Notes under the pieces: generated by a model | Database searches by the model: none | The model's input: the letters and a program-made list of their open reading frames with translations, nothing else | What the model was told of the DNA's origin: nothing | In this document: positions 8,287 through 17,308 of the stretch, piece by piece | Position numbering within the stretch: position 1 is the stretch's first letter | Layout: the number at the start of each line of letters is the position of its first letter | Translations under genes and position numbers: made by a program | Source: a virus | Lineage: Duplodnaviria; Caudoviricetes | Virus record (IMG/VR): IMGVR_UViG_3300014885_000004 | Location: 1-49,361 of that record | Reading direction: 5' to 3' (one strand) | DNA: 49,361 nucleotides

Positions 8287-8826
8287 CTACCGTCGTCCCC
8301 GGTCCGGGCCACCGTCACCGTAACGTTGGCCGTCTCGGGTTCGGACACTGTAGTTCTCGTCGTCACCTGCCTCCGCCTCCTTGGCGGAGAGGACGATATT
8401 CTTCCCGATGCGGGGGAAGCCCCTTGCGCGCAAGTGGTGAGCCAGGCGTTCCCCCTCCATCTCCGCGCGCTCGATCGCTGCACGGCGACTCATCTGGGTC
8501 TTCGACACCATGGCCTGGTACCGCTTGCGGGCCAGTTCCACCGGCATGAGGCACAGGATCGAGTCCCCGAAGTGGATCTCCCCGCCAGGTTGGACAACCT
8601 GGGGGAGGAGATTCTCAGGGCAGCCCTTCGCCCGGAAGTCCTTCTCCACGTCCGCCGGGCGCCATCCCTGGCGCACCCGGGTCGGGAACACCCTGTTGTC
8701 TCGGTCCACCCAACGGGGCATGTATCCAGGTGGCTTCCAGGGCAGCTCGAGCGGCTCGAACTCGTCATACACCTCGGCGGCAGCCTTGCCGTCGGTGGAG
8801 GATACGAGGATGCGTAGCTCAGCCAC
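8287..8826 (-). CDS. Head-module hypothetical protein
   Basis: GTG start with GAGGAGG SD; PGY..RWV...GWRP...GDSILCLMP pattern typical of podovirus head modules. Confidence 0.7.
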   Translation of the reverse strand: MAELRILVSSTDGKAAAEVYDEFEPLELPWKPPGYMPRWVDRDNRVFPTRVRQGWRPADVEKDFRAKGCPENLLPQVVQPGGEIHFGDSILCLMPVELARKRYQAMVSKTQMSRRAAIERAEMEGERLAHHLRARGFPRIGKNIVLSAKEAEAGDDENYSVRTRDGQRYGDGGPDRGRR

Positions 8827-9613
8827 CGGGGACCTCCTCTTCCGCCGCCTCGGGATGGGTGAACAGGAGATCCGATCGGTCACGGGCCGCGGCGTACTGC
8901 TGGGGGGTCATCCGGAACTGCTTGGCCACCGTGAGCTCGCGGGGGGTGAGGTCAGCCTCGCCTCCGGCTCCCGGGGATTCGCCGTCGGGAGCAGGGGTGG
9001 GAGTCCGCGCTCCTCCTGGCTCGACTCGCGGGGGGGCCACTCGCCTGGGCGGGGGAGCCGACGGTGCAGGCTTCACCTGCTTCAGCTTCTCGAGGATCTC
9101 CGGCATCGAGTTGCCGAGGGCGAACCGGTACGCCCGGTCGACGCCGGTGTCCCCGTTCGGGAACACGATCGCCAGCGCGGTGGGATCCCTCTGCATGATC
9201 TCCGACTTCTGGTGTTCGTAGGCCTCTTTCACGTGATCCCACGCCCAGTTCCATTTCGGGTCGGCGCGGAGGCGATCCTCGGCGCTGCGGATCGCGTTCA
9301 TCACGGTGATCGTGGTGGGCCCTGCCATGAGGCGACCAGCTTCCTCGCGCACCAGACGCCGACCCGCCTCGAGCGGGTTCTCCTGGATATCCTCCAGCGT
9401 CACGTCCGGGGGGTACTCCTCTCGACGAGGCTCCCTCGGCGGATTCGTGGTGATCTTCTCGATCGAGGCGACACGGTTGTGGAGGCTGTCCAGGCCTCCC
9501 TTGAGCTCTTGGACGAGGGCCAGGATCTGCTCTACAGGTCCGGGCTCTGCCGGGGGGTCAGTAGCCGGTGTCTTCTGAGGCGCCCCCTTGAACGGGATCC
9601 TTGGCATGGTCAA
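8819..9613 (-). CDS. Capsid scaffolding protein
   Basis: Helical and Pro-rich; C-terminal LTPRELTVAKQFRMTPQQYAAA; lies between portal and MCP. Confidence 0.7.
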   Translation of the reverse strand: MTMPRIPFKGAPQKTPATDPPAEPGPVEQILALVQELKGGLDSLHNRVASIEKITTNPPREPRREEYPPDVTLEDIQENPLEAGRRLVREEAGRLMAGPTTITVMNAIRSAEDRLRADPKWNWAWDHVKEAYEHQKSEIMQRDPTALAIVFPNGDTGVDRAYRFALGNSMPEILEKLKQVKPAPSAPPPRRVAPPRVEPGGARTPTPAPDGESPGAGGEADLTPRELTVAKQFRMTPQQYAAARDRSDLLFTHPEAAEEEVPGG

Positions 9614-9827
9614 AGTCGGTCTCCTTCAGTTCGGGTATCTCGAGTAGATCACGGAGCACCTGCGCCCTGCCCTGGAGCCGGGCGAAGTCGACCGGCGCTC
9701 CGATCTTCTCCATTTCCACGTGGACTTGGTCCAGCTCCGCCTTGGCCAGGAGCAGGAGCACCCGGCCCTCCTGCGTTCTCAGGCAGTGGTGGAGGGACCT
9801 GAGCTGTCCCAGACTTGAGGGTCGCAA
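9558..9827 (-). CDS. Small portal-adjacent protein (89 aa) overlapping portal and scaffold
   Basis: TTG start with CAGGAGG SD; ARLQGRAQVLRDLL motif typical of small post-portal proteins. Confidence 0.65.
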   Translation of the reverse strand: MRPSSLGQLRSLHHCLRTQEGRVLLLLAKAELDQVHVEMEKIGAPVDFARLQGRAQVLRDLLEIPELKETDFDHAKDPVQGGASEDTGY

Positions 9828-11658
9828 GGATAGCCTCCTGAAGCTTGGCTTCGTTGGGCAGGTAGCTCTCCAGATCCTTCACGTCGAGGGTGTAGAGTAC
9901 CCGCTTGTAGAGGGCGATCCCGGCCTGGAGCGCTTCCAGGGCCACGGTGCGCTGGGCCTGACCGATCGGCATCCCCATGGCGTCTACCCCGCGAGTCATG
10001 AGGGTGACCAGGTCCATGATCTGGATGTAGAAGCGCTCGGTCATCTCCGCGAGCACCATGTTTCGTTCCATGCGGGCCTTGGGGCTCTCGTCCACCGTGG
10101 AGGCGCGCAGGTTGAACTTGAAGATGGCCAGGTCCGGAGACGAGCTCTGCGCGGACAGGGCGGCCACCAGACGCTGAGCCCGCTCCGCCCCCATCACAGC
10201 CTCGAGGATCCCCGCCTCGTGGAACCCGTACTCCTTGTACTGCAGCAGCGCCCACGTGGCCAGTTCGTTGTACGTCTCCCGCCAGTCGTCCAGCGCGAAG
10301 TTGAACTTGCGGTTACCTTCCTGGAGCAGGGCCACGGTGGATGTCGCCGTAGCGGAGTACTTCCCCATCTCGGATTCCTTACCGAGGGTGTAGTCCACTA
10401 CGCCGGTGGCACGTTCGATGTAGTCCCGGAGGATCATCTCGTTGTCCCGGGACGACTGGTATACCTCCCCGTGCTGCATCGGCTCGATGTCGCCCATCTC
10501 AGAGACCCAGATGATCTTGCCCGGGTGGATCGACTGGTCCCGAACCACGTTCTTCTTCGCCTTCCACACGCGGGTGTTCGCGATGGTAGCGTTGTCGATG
10601 CGTTGGTTGTGGATCGTGGACAGGGCCGCGTCCATCGCGTGGATCGTGCGGCCTACACCCTTCCCGTAGATGGAGTTGACGCGGGGGATGTACGGGAACG
10701 CGAAGATGGGTCGTTTCCCATCCCGGTTCCAGTTTTCCATGACTCGGTGGATGACCCGGGACCGGTGGTTGTAGGAGATCACGAGCTCGGCGTAGAGCCG
10801 GGTCTCGGAGCCTCCGTCCGGCAGGGTCACCTTGCGGTTCGGGAACCGCTTGAGCTCGTGGATCGGGAAGTACGACCAGAACTCGAACATGTCGAAGTCG
10901 ATACGTCGGATCTTCTGGATGCCCAGGATCCGATCGCGCTCCTCCTTGATCTCGGCCTCCCAGGACGAGTGCAGGTCGGTTTTGATCCGGTCCACGTCCC
11001 GGTAGCCCCAGGACTGGCGTTGCTTCAGCTCGTCCCACGTGAGCTGGGAGACGTGGGCGACCCACTGGCACCGGAAGGGGCCATTGATAGCTCGGGTCCG
11101 GGGTGGGAGAAGGATGTTCTCGATCACGATCGGGTCGAAGTACGGCCCGTAGTGGTCGATGATCTCCGCGATTTCGTTCCCTTGCATGGAGGAAACGAGC
11201 GCCCACCGGCGCATGTCGAGCCAGAGGCCCTTGCAGAAGCTGGTGCCGAGGAGCACGGATTCGAGATGCCACTGCTTGGACACCCGCTTCAGATGCCAGC
11301 GGGTGAGCGCCTCACGTGTGAGGAACCCTTCCATGTCCCGGCCGAGCTCGACGAAGTCGGGATCCTCGGTCTCGGACACCCACACGTTCTCGTGGGCGAA
11401 GATGGCGTCGTGGAGGCGGGCCACGATGGCGTCCGTGGTGATCTGCTTCATCGGGATGTGGAGGTTCGACGCGTTGGGCCACGGCCAGTTCTTGGTACGG
11501 GACTTGGTCTGCCCCTCGTACGTCCGTAGGTCTTCTTGCCAGCTCCGCGCCTGCTCCCTGCGGGATTCCGAGGCATCCTGGATCCAACCGTCCAGAATGG
11601 TGGCCATGACGTCACGGTCACCAGTCGAGAGATCGATTGGATCCAGGACCACGGGCAT
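9649..11658 (-). CDS. Portal protein
   Basis: 669 aa after TerL; WPWPNASNL, PRVNSIYGKG, NQRIDNA and ERATG...TATST motifs. Confidence 0.9.
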   Translation of the reverse strand: MPVVLDPIDLSTGDRDVMATILDGWIQDASESRREQARSWQEDLRTYEGQTKSRTKNWPWPNASNLHIPMKQITTDAIVARLHDAIFAHENVWVSETEDPDFVELGRDMEGFLTREALTRWHLKRVSKQWHLESVLLGTSFCKGLWLDMRRWALVSSMQGNEIAEIIDHYGPYFDPIVIENILLPPRTRAINGPFRCQWVAHVSQLTWDELKQRQSWGYRDVDRIKTDLHSSWEAEIKEERDRILGIQKIRRIDFDMFEFWSYFPIHELKRFPNRKVTLPDGGSETRLYAELVISYNHRSRVIHRVMENWNRDGKRPIFAFPYIPRVNSIYGKGVGRTIHAMDAALSTIHNQRIDNATIANTRVWKAKKNVVRDQSIHPGKIIWVSEMGDIEPMQHGEVYQSSRDNEMILRDYIERATGVVDYTLGKESEMGKYSATATSTVALLQEGNRKFNFALDDWRETYNELATWALLQYKEYGFHEAGILEAVMGAERAQRLVAALSAQSSSPDLAIFKFNLRASTVDESPKARMERNMVLAEMTERFYIQIMDLVTLMTRGVDAMGMPIGQAQRTVALEALQAGIALYKRVLYTLDVKDLESYLPNEAKLQEAILATLKSGTAQVPPPLPENAGGPGAPAPGQGGAGPSPRGNGEDRSAGRLRPAPGQGAGAP

Positions 11659-11667
11659 CGGTGCGAC

Positions 11668-11727
11668 CTAGTACCCGGGGCGGGGCGTAGACGGACGCCC
11701 CTTGCCCTTCTTCTTGCTCTTGCCCAT
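11668..11727 (-). CDS. 19-aa basic micro-peptide MGKSKKKGKGRPSTPRPGY
   Basis: GAGGAGG SD; TGATG overlap with the upstream gene; stop 9 nt before the portal start. Confidence 0.5.
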   Translation of the reverse strand: MGKSKKKGKGRPSTPRPGY

Positions 11728-12125
11728 CACGTAGCCTCCTCTTGCTCCTCCGGAGCTTCCCTACGCACGGGGATGTCCGGGAAGTCATCAGGGATGGTAG
11801 ATGGAGGCGATTCCACGACGAGTGGAGGCAGGGTTGGCTCCGGATCAGGGGTAGTTGGAGGGGTGTCCGGAGAGTCCACCCACTCGTCGGGAATCGCCAC
11901 AAGTAGATCCGTGGCGAGGTTGCCAGGGGCGAACCCACGGAGGGCGGTGCCCTTGGACATCAGGATATACGATTCCCCGTCCACCTCGTGTTGCTCCCCT
12001 TCCACTTTGTGGAAGGCCTTGAGGTAGCGGGGGATCAGGGACGTGTGAACCCACAGGTAGCGGATGCCGGGCTCGAGCCGCCCTGGCACCGGGAACATGG
12101 CTGGGTTCGGGACCGCGTGTGCCAC
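11727..12125 (-). CDS. Hypothetical protein with Pro/acidic tail (132 aa)
   Basis: SD AGGAGG; between terL and portal. Confidence 0.65.
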   Translation of the reverse strand: MAHAVPNPAMFPVPGRLEPGIRYLWVHTSLIPRYLKAFHKVEGEQHEVDGESYILMSKGTALRGFAPGNLATDLLVAIPDEWVDSPDTPPTTPDPEPTLPPLVVESPPSTIPDDFPDIPVRREAPEEQEEAT

Positions 12126-12134
12126 GGAAACCTC

Positions 12135-13796
12135 CTAGTAACCGGTGACCTCGGACCTGCCTTGGTCCTCGGTCACGGTGTCGTGGATGGTAGGGTGCCG
12201 GTACAGGGTGGGAGCCTCCGGCCAGGGCTCCCAGTAGTCCGGGCCCTGTGCGAGGGCGTCGAGCCCGTCCCAGCTCCGCCCACGGGGGAACGCCCGGTAT
12301 TCCTTCTCCAGTTCGTAGTTCCCGTGCTCGATGAAGATCTGGCCGTCGGCGAAGTACGGGACCAGCTTCCGGATCCGGGCTTCCTTTGCCGTGGCGGCGG
12401 ACTTGGTGTATTCCTTGACCCGGCCCTCGTGGAGGGCGATCTTCCGCTCGGACGCTCGCTTGAGGAGCGGAGCACGAAGCATCCGGGTCCACCCGTGCGC
12501 TTCCATGGTGACGCACCGCAGGTACTCGTCGTACGCTTCCACGTAGTCCAGGATCTTATCCGTGAGGGCGTCCACGGAGCAGCGCTCGAGGAAGCAGTGT
12601 AGGAGGAATACGCGACGGGGGTACGCTAGGCCTACCACTTGGATCGACGGGCGGGAGTGCCGGGCGGATTTCTTCTTCAGGCCCTCGACCAGCCCGGGGG
12701 AGGGATCCACGTGGATCAGGACGGTCATGCGAGAAAGACGCTCCTCCGACTGACCCTCGTCGATCTCCCGGGTATCCTCCTGCACCACGTACGGGACGTG
12801 GGAGGGCCCGATGGCCCGGTCTTCCTTGGAGTAGTACCGGAGCCACTCCGGGTGGAAGTCATTCAGTTCCGAGGAAATGGGGTCGTTGAGGTACTGGCAG
12901 GAGAAGATATAGAAGTCCTTCCGAGCGAGCTCGTCCAGGACCTCCATCGTGAACTGCTCCGGGAACAGGGGACGCTTCTGGTCCCCTTCCTGGACCACGG
13001 CGGAACGGTGGAACACCGGCAGGGAGGGGTACCCTTCATCCATCGCCCAGGAATAGATGTCGAAGTAGCCCCATCGGGTACCGATGATGTCCAGGACGAG
13101 CTCGTGGGGGGTCACGGACAGGGATTCCCCCTTCTTCATCCAGTCGATGACCTTCTCCATGACCTCTTCGTTGGCGGCGGCCTCCTCGCCGATGAGGTCG
13201 TCCCAGACCATATCCGTGAAGTGCTTGCCTTGGGAAGCGCCTCCCACGCCGAGTCCAAGGACGGTCGGCTCCGGGAACTCCTGGGGTCGGGGCAGGCTGA
13301 ACCCGTCCTTGCGCCAGGGCCAGGTGCGGGGGATTGGTACGGGAGGCATCCTATCCGCGTAGAGCTGCCGGAGGAGCTCGTTGCGGGTGAGGTGGGCTTC
13401 CATGACCCCGACGAAGGACCAGGCCATCACCGCGGTCTCGTGGAAGATGCCGATCCGGCGGGTGGGATCACGGAGGATCTTCTGGAGGGTCTTGCCGATC
13501 GTGATGCACGAGCTCTTGTAGTGCCCGCGCGGTATCAGGTAGAGCTTGCGCAGATGGGTCGGGTCGGCTCCGAAATCGCAGAGGTCCCCGTGCAAGTGAG
13601 GGACCATCTGGGCGTACCCGAGGATGGCGCGGTCGAAGAAGTAGAGGTCTCGGAGCCCCCGGGTGACCATGTAGGCCACGAAGCGCTCCCGGCCGAGAGT
13701 GCGTACCATCTCCCGGACGGGGAGCACCTGGCCAGTGCGCTCGTCCACGGTCCCGTAAAGGTCCGCGGAGGCGGCCGCGTACTCGGGATCCGTCAT
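12135..13796 (-). CDS. terL: Terminase large subunit
   Basis: Walker A-like IPRGHYKS, Walker B VWDDLI, IIGTRW, FSCQYLNDP, RNase H-like HVDP and WDGLDALA. Confidence 0.95.
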   Translation of the reverse strand: MTDPEYAAASADLYGTVDERTGQVLPVREMVRTLGRERFVAYMVTRGLRDLYFFDRAILGYAQMVPHLHGDLCDFGADPTHLRKLYLIPRGHYKSSCITIGKTLQKILRDPTRRIGIFHETAVMAWSFVGVMEAHLTRNELLRQLYADRMPPVPIPRTWPWRKDGFSLPRPQEFPEPTVLGLGVGGASQGKHFTDMVWDDLIGEEAAANEEVMEKVIDWMKKGESLSVTPHELVLDIIGTRWGYFDIYSWAMDEGYPSLPVFHRSAVVQEGDQKRPLFPEQFTMEVLDELARKDFYIFSCQYLNDPISSELNDFHPEWLRYYSKEDRAIGPSHVPYVVQEDTREIDEGQSEERLSRMTVLIHVDPSPGLVEGLKKKSARHSRPSIQVVGLAYPRRVFLLHCFLERCSVDALTDKILDYVEAYDEYLRCVTMEAHGWTRMLRAPLLKRASERKIALHEGRVKEYTKSAATAKEARIRKLVPYFADGQIFIEHGNYELEKEYRAFPRGRSWDGLDALAQGPDYWEPWPEAPTLYRHPTIHDTVTEDQGRSEVTGY

Positions 13797-14281
13797 CAGC
13801 TCCGTGACGGTTCTCCTCTCGACTCCATTGCGGTGATCACCCTATCCAGGGCGTCGTCCGAGACAACCTTCACCGCTCCCGTGTGCTTCACCTCGGTCCG
13901 GGGGCTGAGCGTGCCTTCCCGGTCCAGGAGTCCGAAGCCGATCGTGGCCCGCGTGGCCGGTGGGGTGCTGGCGTCTGCGAAGAGGTCTAGGAGGCCCTCC
14001 AGGACCTCGAAGGCCCGCACCCGGAGCGTGTCCTTGAGAAGAATCGCATGGGCCTCCTGGGAGCGCCGGAGCCGCTCCAGGTACGCGACGGTCTCCTCCC
14101 GGTCCAGGATCCGGTTGACGTAGCCCGCGGTGAGCCCCAGGGCCTCCCCGATCTCGGAGGCCTTCCAACCCGCGTGGGTGAGCGAGGCCACCTTCTGCGT
14201 GAGGGACTTCGTCGCCTCCGCCCGATCCGCGGTCGGGCTCGCGAGCAGGGTGCTGATCTCCGGGGGCTCCGGGGTTGCCAT
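13796..14281 (-). CDS. terS: Terminase small subunit (N-terminal HTH)
   Basis: GWKASEIGEALGLTAGYVNRIL HTH; TGATG coupling to terL. Confidence 0.8.
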   Translation of the reverse strand: MATPEPPEISTLLASPTADRAEATKSLTQKVASLTHAGWKASEIGEALGLTAGYVNRILDREETVAYLERLRRSQEAHAILLKDTLRVRAFEVLEGLLDLFADASTPPATRATIGFGLLDREGTLSPRTEVKHTGAVKVVSDDALDRVITAMESRGEPSRS

Positions 14282-14306
14282 GGATTCCTCCAGCCTCTAC
14301 CGATCT

Positions 14307-14335
14307 AGGATAGGGCCGCTTCTGCAGAAAAGCAA
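14307..14335 (-). promoter_or_regulatory. Putative promoter of the morphogenesis operon (TTGCTT-N17-TATCCT)
   Basis: Sigma70-like boxes 25 nt upstream of terS. Confidence 0.55.
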
Positions 14336-14582
14336 GGTCGATTAGGGGACGCTGGTCCACGTGGCCCGGGGGCAAGGCCGGGGAGCCGGGTGCGTGGCCG
14401 AGCGGACCTTCCCCTCCCCTCCCCTGGGAATAGGTGCGCCCGTCCCCGAACCGCTTGAAAGCGGTATTTGGGGGGGGCATGGGTCACCCCCAGAAGGGAA
14501 CCTATAGACACACACAAACACCACAGGAAGAAGGGCGCCATCGTTCACGCTCCCAAATCCATACGGAAAGGAGGTGATAACT

Positions 14583-14813
14583 ATGGCGAAGAGGACGCTC
14601 GAGGTCCCCGACGTGTACCGCAAGTACACGGACGAGGAGCTCCTCCACTTCCTCCGGCGCGGCAAGTACGATGTCGAGTACCGCCGCGGTCGGAACCAGA
14701 GCCTCACGGCTCTGCGACAGGAGCTGAAGGAGCTGCAGGCTCGCGTCACCCGCAAGGCGGTGGTCCGCAAGACCGCCTCCGATCAGGAGCCGACTCCTGA
14801 GGCGGGCGAGTAG
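14583..14813 (+). CDS. RHH-like small protein, paralog 1
   Basis: AAAGGAGGTGAT SD; KRTLEVP beta-strand followed by helices. Confidence 0.7.
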   Translation: MAKRTLEVPDVYRKYTDEELLHFLRRGKYDVEYRRGRNQSLTALRQELKELQARVTRKAVVRKTASDQEPTPEAGE

Positions 14814-15044
14814 CGAACGGTAGCCGAGCATAACCTCTGCAACCCGGAGCAGGCGGTCCGAGCCCGCCCTCCGGCGGCGCCCTTCGGATGGCGAGATCGG
14901 GCCAAGCCCGACCCCCGGCCCCCCCCTGCGCGGCGCCCGACCCCCGCTAGTATATGTGTGGATGCCGGACGCCGGACGCCCTTGCGACCTGAGCCCGATG
15001 CCCGGTAGTATGTGTGCAGGGGATCGGAGAGATGACGATACCCC

Positions 15045-15074
15045 TTGATTTTCGTGAGATCCGTCCATTATAAT
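15045..15074 (+). promoter_or_regulatory. Sigma70-like promoter TTGATT-N18-TATAAT
   Basis: Perfect -10 box in a GC-rich genome, upstream of paralog 2. Confidence 0.75.
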
Positions 15075-15156
15075 AGATCAGATGCTACGAGCGATCCTAC
15101 CAGCGGGATGTGTGGAAGGTCTACACGTCCCGAGTTCACAGACGGAGGAAGTGACA

Positions 15157-15414
15157 ATGTCCGAGAGCAAGGTGAAGACCGTGACGATCAACGTGCCGCG
15201 CGACCTGCAGGGGTTCACGGAGGACCGCCTGGTGAAGTTCCTCAAGAAGGGCTTCGACCAGTGGGTGTACCGGACCAAGCGGAACAAGGAGCAGGCGGCC
15301 ATCATGAAGGAGATCCGGTCCCTGATGAAGGCCCGGAAGCTCACCTCGCCGGAGGGGTTGCTCAAGGTGAGCTCCGCCCTCTGGGAGGACGAGGAGGACG
15401 GCGGCGAGGAGTAG
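15157..15414 (+). CDS. RHH-like small protein, paralog 2
   Basis: GGAGG SD; KTVTINVP...FLKKG...YR..RN aligns with paralog 1. Confidence 0.75.
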   Translation: MSESKVKTVTINVPRDLQGFTEDRLVKFLKKGFDQWVYRTKRNKEQAAIMKEIRSLMKARKLTSPEGLLKVSSALWEDEEDGGEE

Positions 15415-15434
15415 CCTCCACCGCGATCCGCTGA

Positions 15435-15469
15435 TTAGGGGGAGGGTGGCCCGCGCACCCTCCCCCTAA
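15435..15469 (+). terminator. 14-bp GC-rich stem-loop (terminator or processing site)
   Basis: TTAGGGGGAGGGTG/CACCCTCCCCCTAA just after the stop; no U-tract. Confidence 0.5.
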
Positions 15470-15574
15470 GGGGGGGGATCACCTGGCCCCACGCCTAAGC
15501 CCCGCGCCCGCCCGCCGGATATATGTGTGGGGCCGAGGCCGGAACGGGGGACCAACGTGCCGAGAAACCTCGGA

Positions 15575-15893
15575 GTAATTGCGTAATAGACGTAACCCGT
15601 TGAATTCCTTCAGGATTTCAACCAGGCAGCCACCTACCGTTTGTAATAGATAATAAACCCGAGAGGGGTGGAGAGGTGGGAGGGTTTCCGTAGAGGAGAA
15701 TCCGAATCCTACAGGAGGAAACTCCTAGTAGATCTATCCCCTATATAGAACCTCCGGACCAATACCCGTTAGGAGCCTCGGAGCCTAGGATGTGTACCAC
15801 CCCGCCTGTGTTATTTCTTTCTTCCAAACGGTGGATCGTTGCCTGGTTGAAAACGTGAACGAATTCAAGGAGTTACGTCGAAGACGCAATTAC
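15575..15893. repeat. Long imperfect inverted repeat (~69-bp arms 15575-15643 and 15825-15893); origin-like
   Basis: Arms align as reverse complements; AT-richer non-coding region. Confidence 0.8.
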
Positions 15894-15956
15894 GAGTGAC
15901 GCTGCTCCGCTCCTCGTGGGGGCCGAGCGCCAGGAACCAGTGAAGGAGGTAGACAC

Positions 15957-16262
15957 ATGTCCGTGTTCGTTGAGTGCATCGACGGTTGCTGTACGGTGAT
16001 CAGAATTGCCCGGCCGTGTAAGTATGTGGAGAAGATCACGTATACCCGGGATGTCGGCCTCAGCATCTGGGGAGACGGAGAGATGATCCGACTCGTGTTC
16101 GAGGACTACGGGTTCGTGGGCACTCCCCTCCTCGTGAAGGGGCTCCGGGCCCTCGCAGCGGACCTGGAGACGCGGCACCAGGAGCGGTTCCCGGGCCTTT
16201 GCCCGGAGTGCGGGGGCCACCTCGGCGACCGTGGCGAGTGCCTGAACCGCTGCAACGACTAG
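15957..16262 (+). CDS. Hypothetical early protein with C-terminal Zn-ribbon-like Cys motifs
   Basis: AAGGAGGT SD; CPECG...CLNRC. Confidence 0.7.
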   Translation: MSVFVECIDGCCTVIRIARPCKYVEKITYTRDVGLSIWGDGEMIRLVFEDYGFVGTPLLVKGLRALAADLETRHQERFPGLCPECGGHLGDRGECLNRCND

Positions 16263-16331
16263 CGTGACCTGGTAGGACGCGGGGGGTGCCCAAGGTGGGC
16301 ACCTTCCTCGTCCTCCCTTACGGAGGATACC

Positions 16332-16619
16332 ATGAGACTGATCGTTAGCGTGACGACCGAGGACACCCAGGACCTGTCGGAGCTCGGCAACGTGTGCACC
16401 ATCAACTACCCCGTCGACTCGCCCCGTTCCAGGAACAGGCGCCGCGACCTCGCCTTCGTGCAGCGCGTGGTGACCACGCTCCACGAGTACATCCTGGAGT
16501 CGGAGGCCGAGGAGCCTGAGCAGTGGGCGGAGAGGGACGTCCCCTCGCTACTGGACGACTTCGGGATCTACCTGCAGGAGATCGTGAACGTGGAACGGGC
16601 CGCTACGGCGGCCGAGTAG
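16332..16619 (+). CDS. Hypothetical early protein
   Basis: GGAGG SD. Confidence 0.7.
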   Translation: MRLIVSVTTEDTQDLSELGNVCTINYPVDSPRSRNRRRDLAFVQRVVTTLHEYILESEAEEPEQWAERDVPSLLDDFGIYLQEIVNVERAATAAE

Positions 16620-16653
16620 GATAGGACACGAACACAACACAGGAGGAACACAG

Positions 16654-16917
16654 ATGGACAGGGATCAGGCAAGGGAGCACTTGCGAGCCATGCACCGACG
16701 CGACCGGAAGGATCTCCTCACCACGCTCGTGTGGGCGCACATCTCCAGCGACGTCTGGGGAAACAACGTGACGACGGTCATGGATGAGGCGCCGCACCGC
16801 CCGGTGGACCGGGACGCGGTGATGGCCCTGTTCCCGGAGATCCCGATGGAGCAGGCCCTCACCCGCCTTGTGGCATCCATCGTGAGCATCCTGCTCGTGC
16901 AGGAGGACCTGCCGTAA
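16654..16917 (+). CDS. Hypothetical early protein
   Basis: AGGAGG SD. Confidence 0.7.
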   Translation: MDRDQAREHLRAMHRRDRKDLLTTLVWAHISSDVWGNNVTTVMDEAPHRPVDRDAVMALFPEIPMEQALTRLVASIVSILLVQEDLP

Positions 16918-16960
16918 CCCGGCTCCCACGTTCTGGAACCCGACATCGAGCGGGCTCCCC

Positions 16961-16989
16961 TTGATTTTCAGATCGCGATTTGCTATAAT
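16961..16989 (+). promoter_or_regulatory. Sigma70-like promoter TTGATT-N17-TATAAT with extended -10 TG
   Basis: Near-consensus; shares CCCCTTGATTTTC with the 15045 promoter. Confidence 0.8.
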
Positions 16990-17080
16990 GTTGGTGTCGC
17001 GAAGCGCTGTGTTCGACATGTTGCCGGTACACAGTGCATCGCAACGTGTGGGTGCCCCGAGCACCCAGGAGATGATGACA

Positions 17081-17308
17081 ATGTCGACCACGACCACGAC
17101 CGTGAAGATGGTGAAGGTGACGATCGAGGTTCCGGAGGACCGGAAGTTCTCCCCCGAGCAGGTGCAGCGGATCTTCAACGCCGGCCTGTACGGGCGCGAC
17201 TTCCGCAAGCGGAGCCAGAAGGAGCGGAACGAGGCGCTGAAGATCGCCCGCCAGCTCCAGAAGGAGGGGAAGCTGCCCGGGTTCCCCGTCAAGACCGCTG
17301 CCAAGTAG
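17081..17308 (+). CDS. RHH-like small protein, paralog 3
   Basis: KVTIEVPED...ERNEALKI...KEGKLP; start could be 17072 or 17075. Confidence 0.7.
   Translation: MSTTTTTVKMVKVTIEVPEDRKFSPEQVQRIFNAGLYGRDFRKRSQKERNEALKIARQLQKEGKLPGFPVKTAAK

Noticed and set aside
9601-14123. Long plus-strand ORFs opposite portal and terL (642 aa, 494 aa) and similar shadow ORFs genome-wide
   Set aside because: Antisense shadows expected from high GC3; no motifs or SDs
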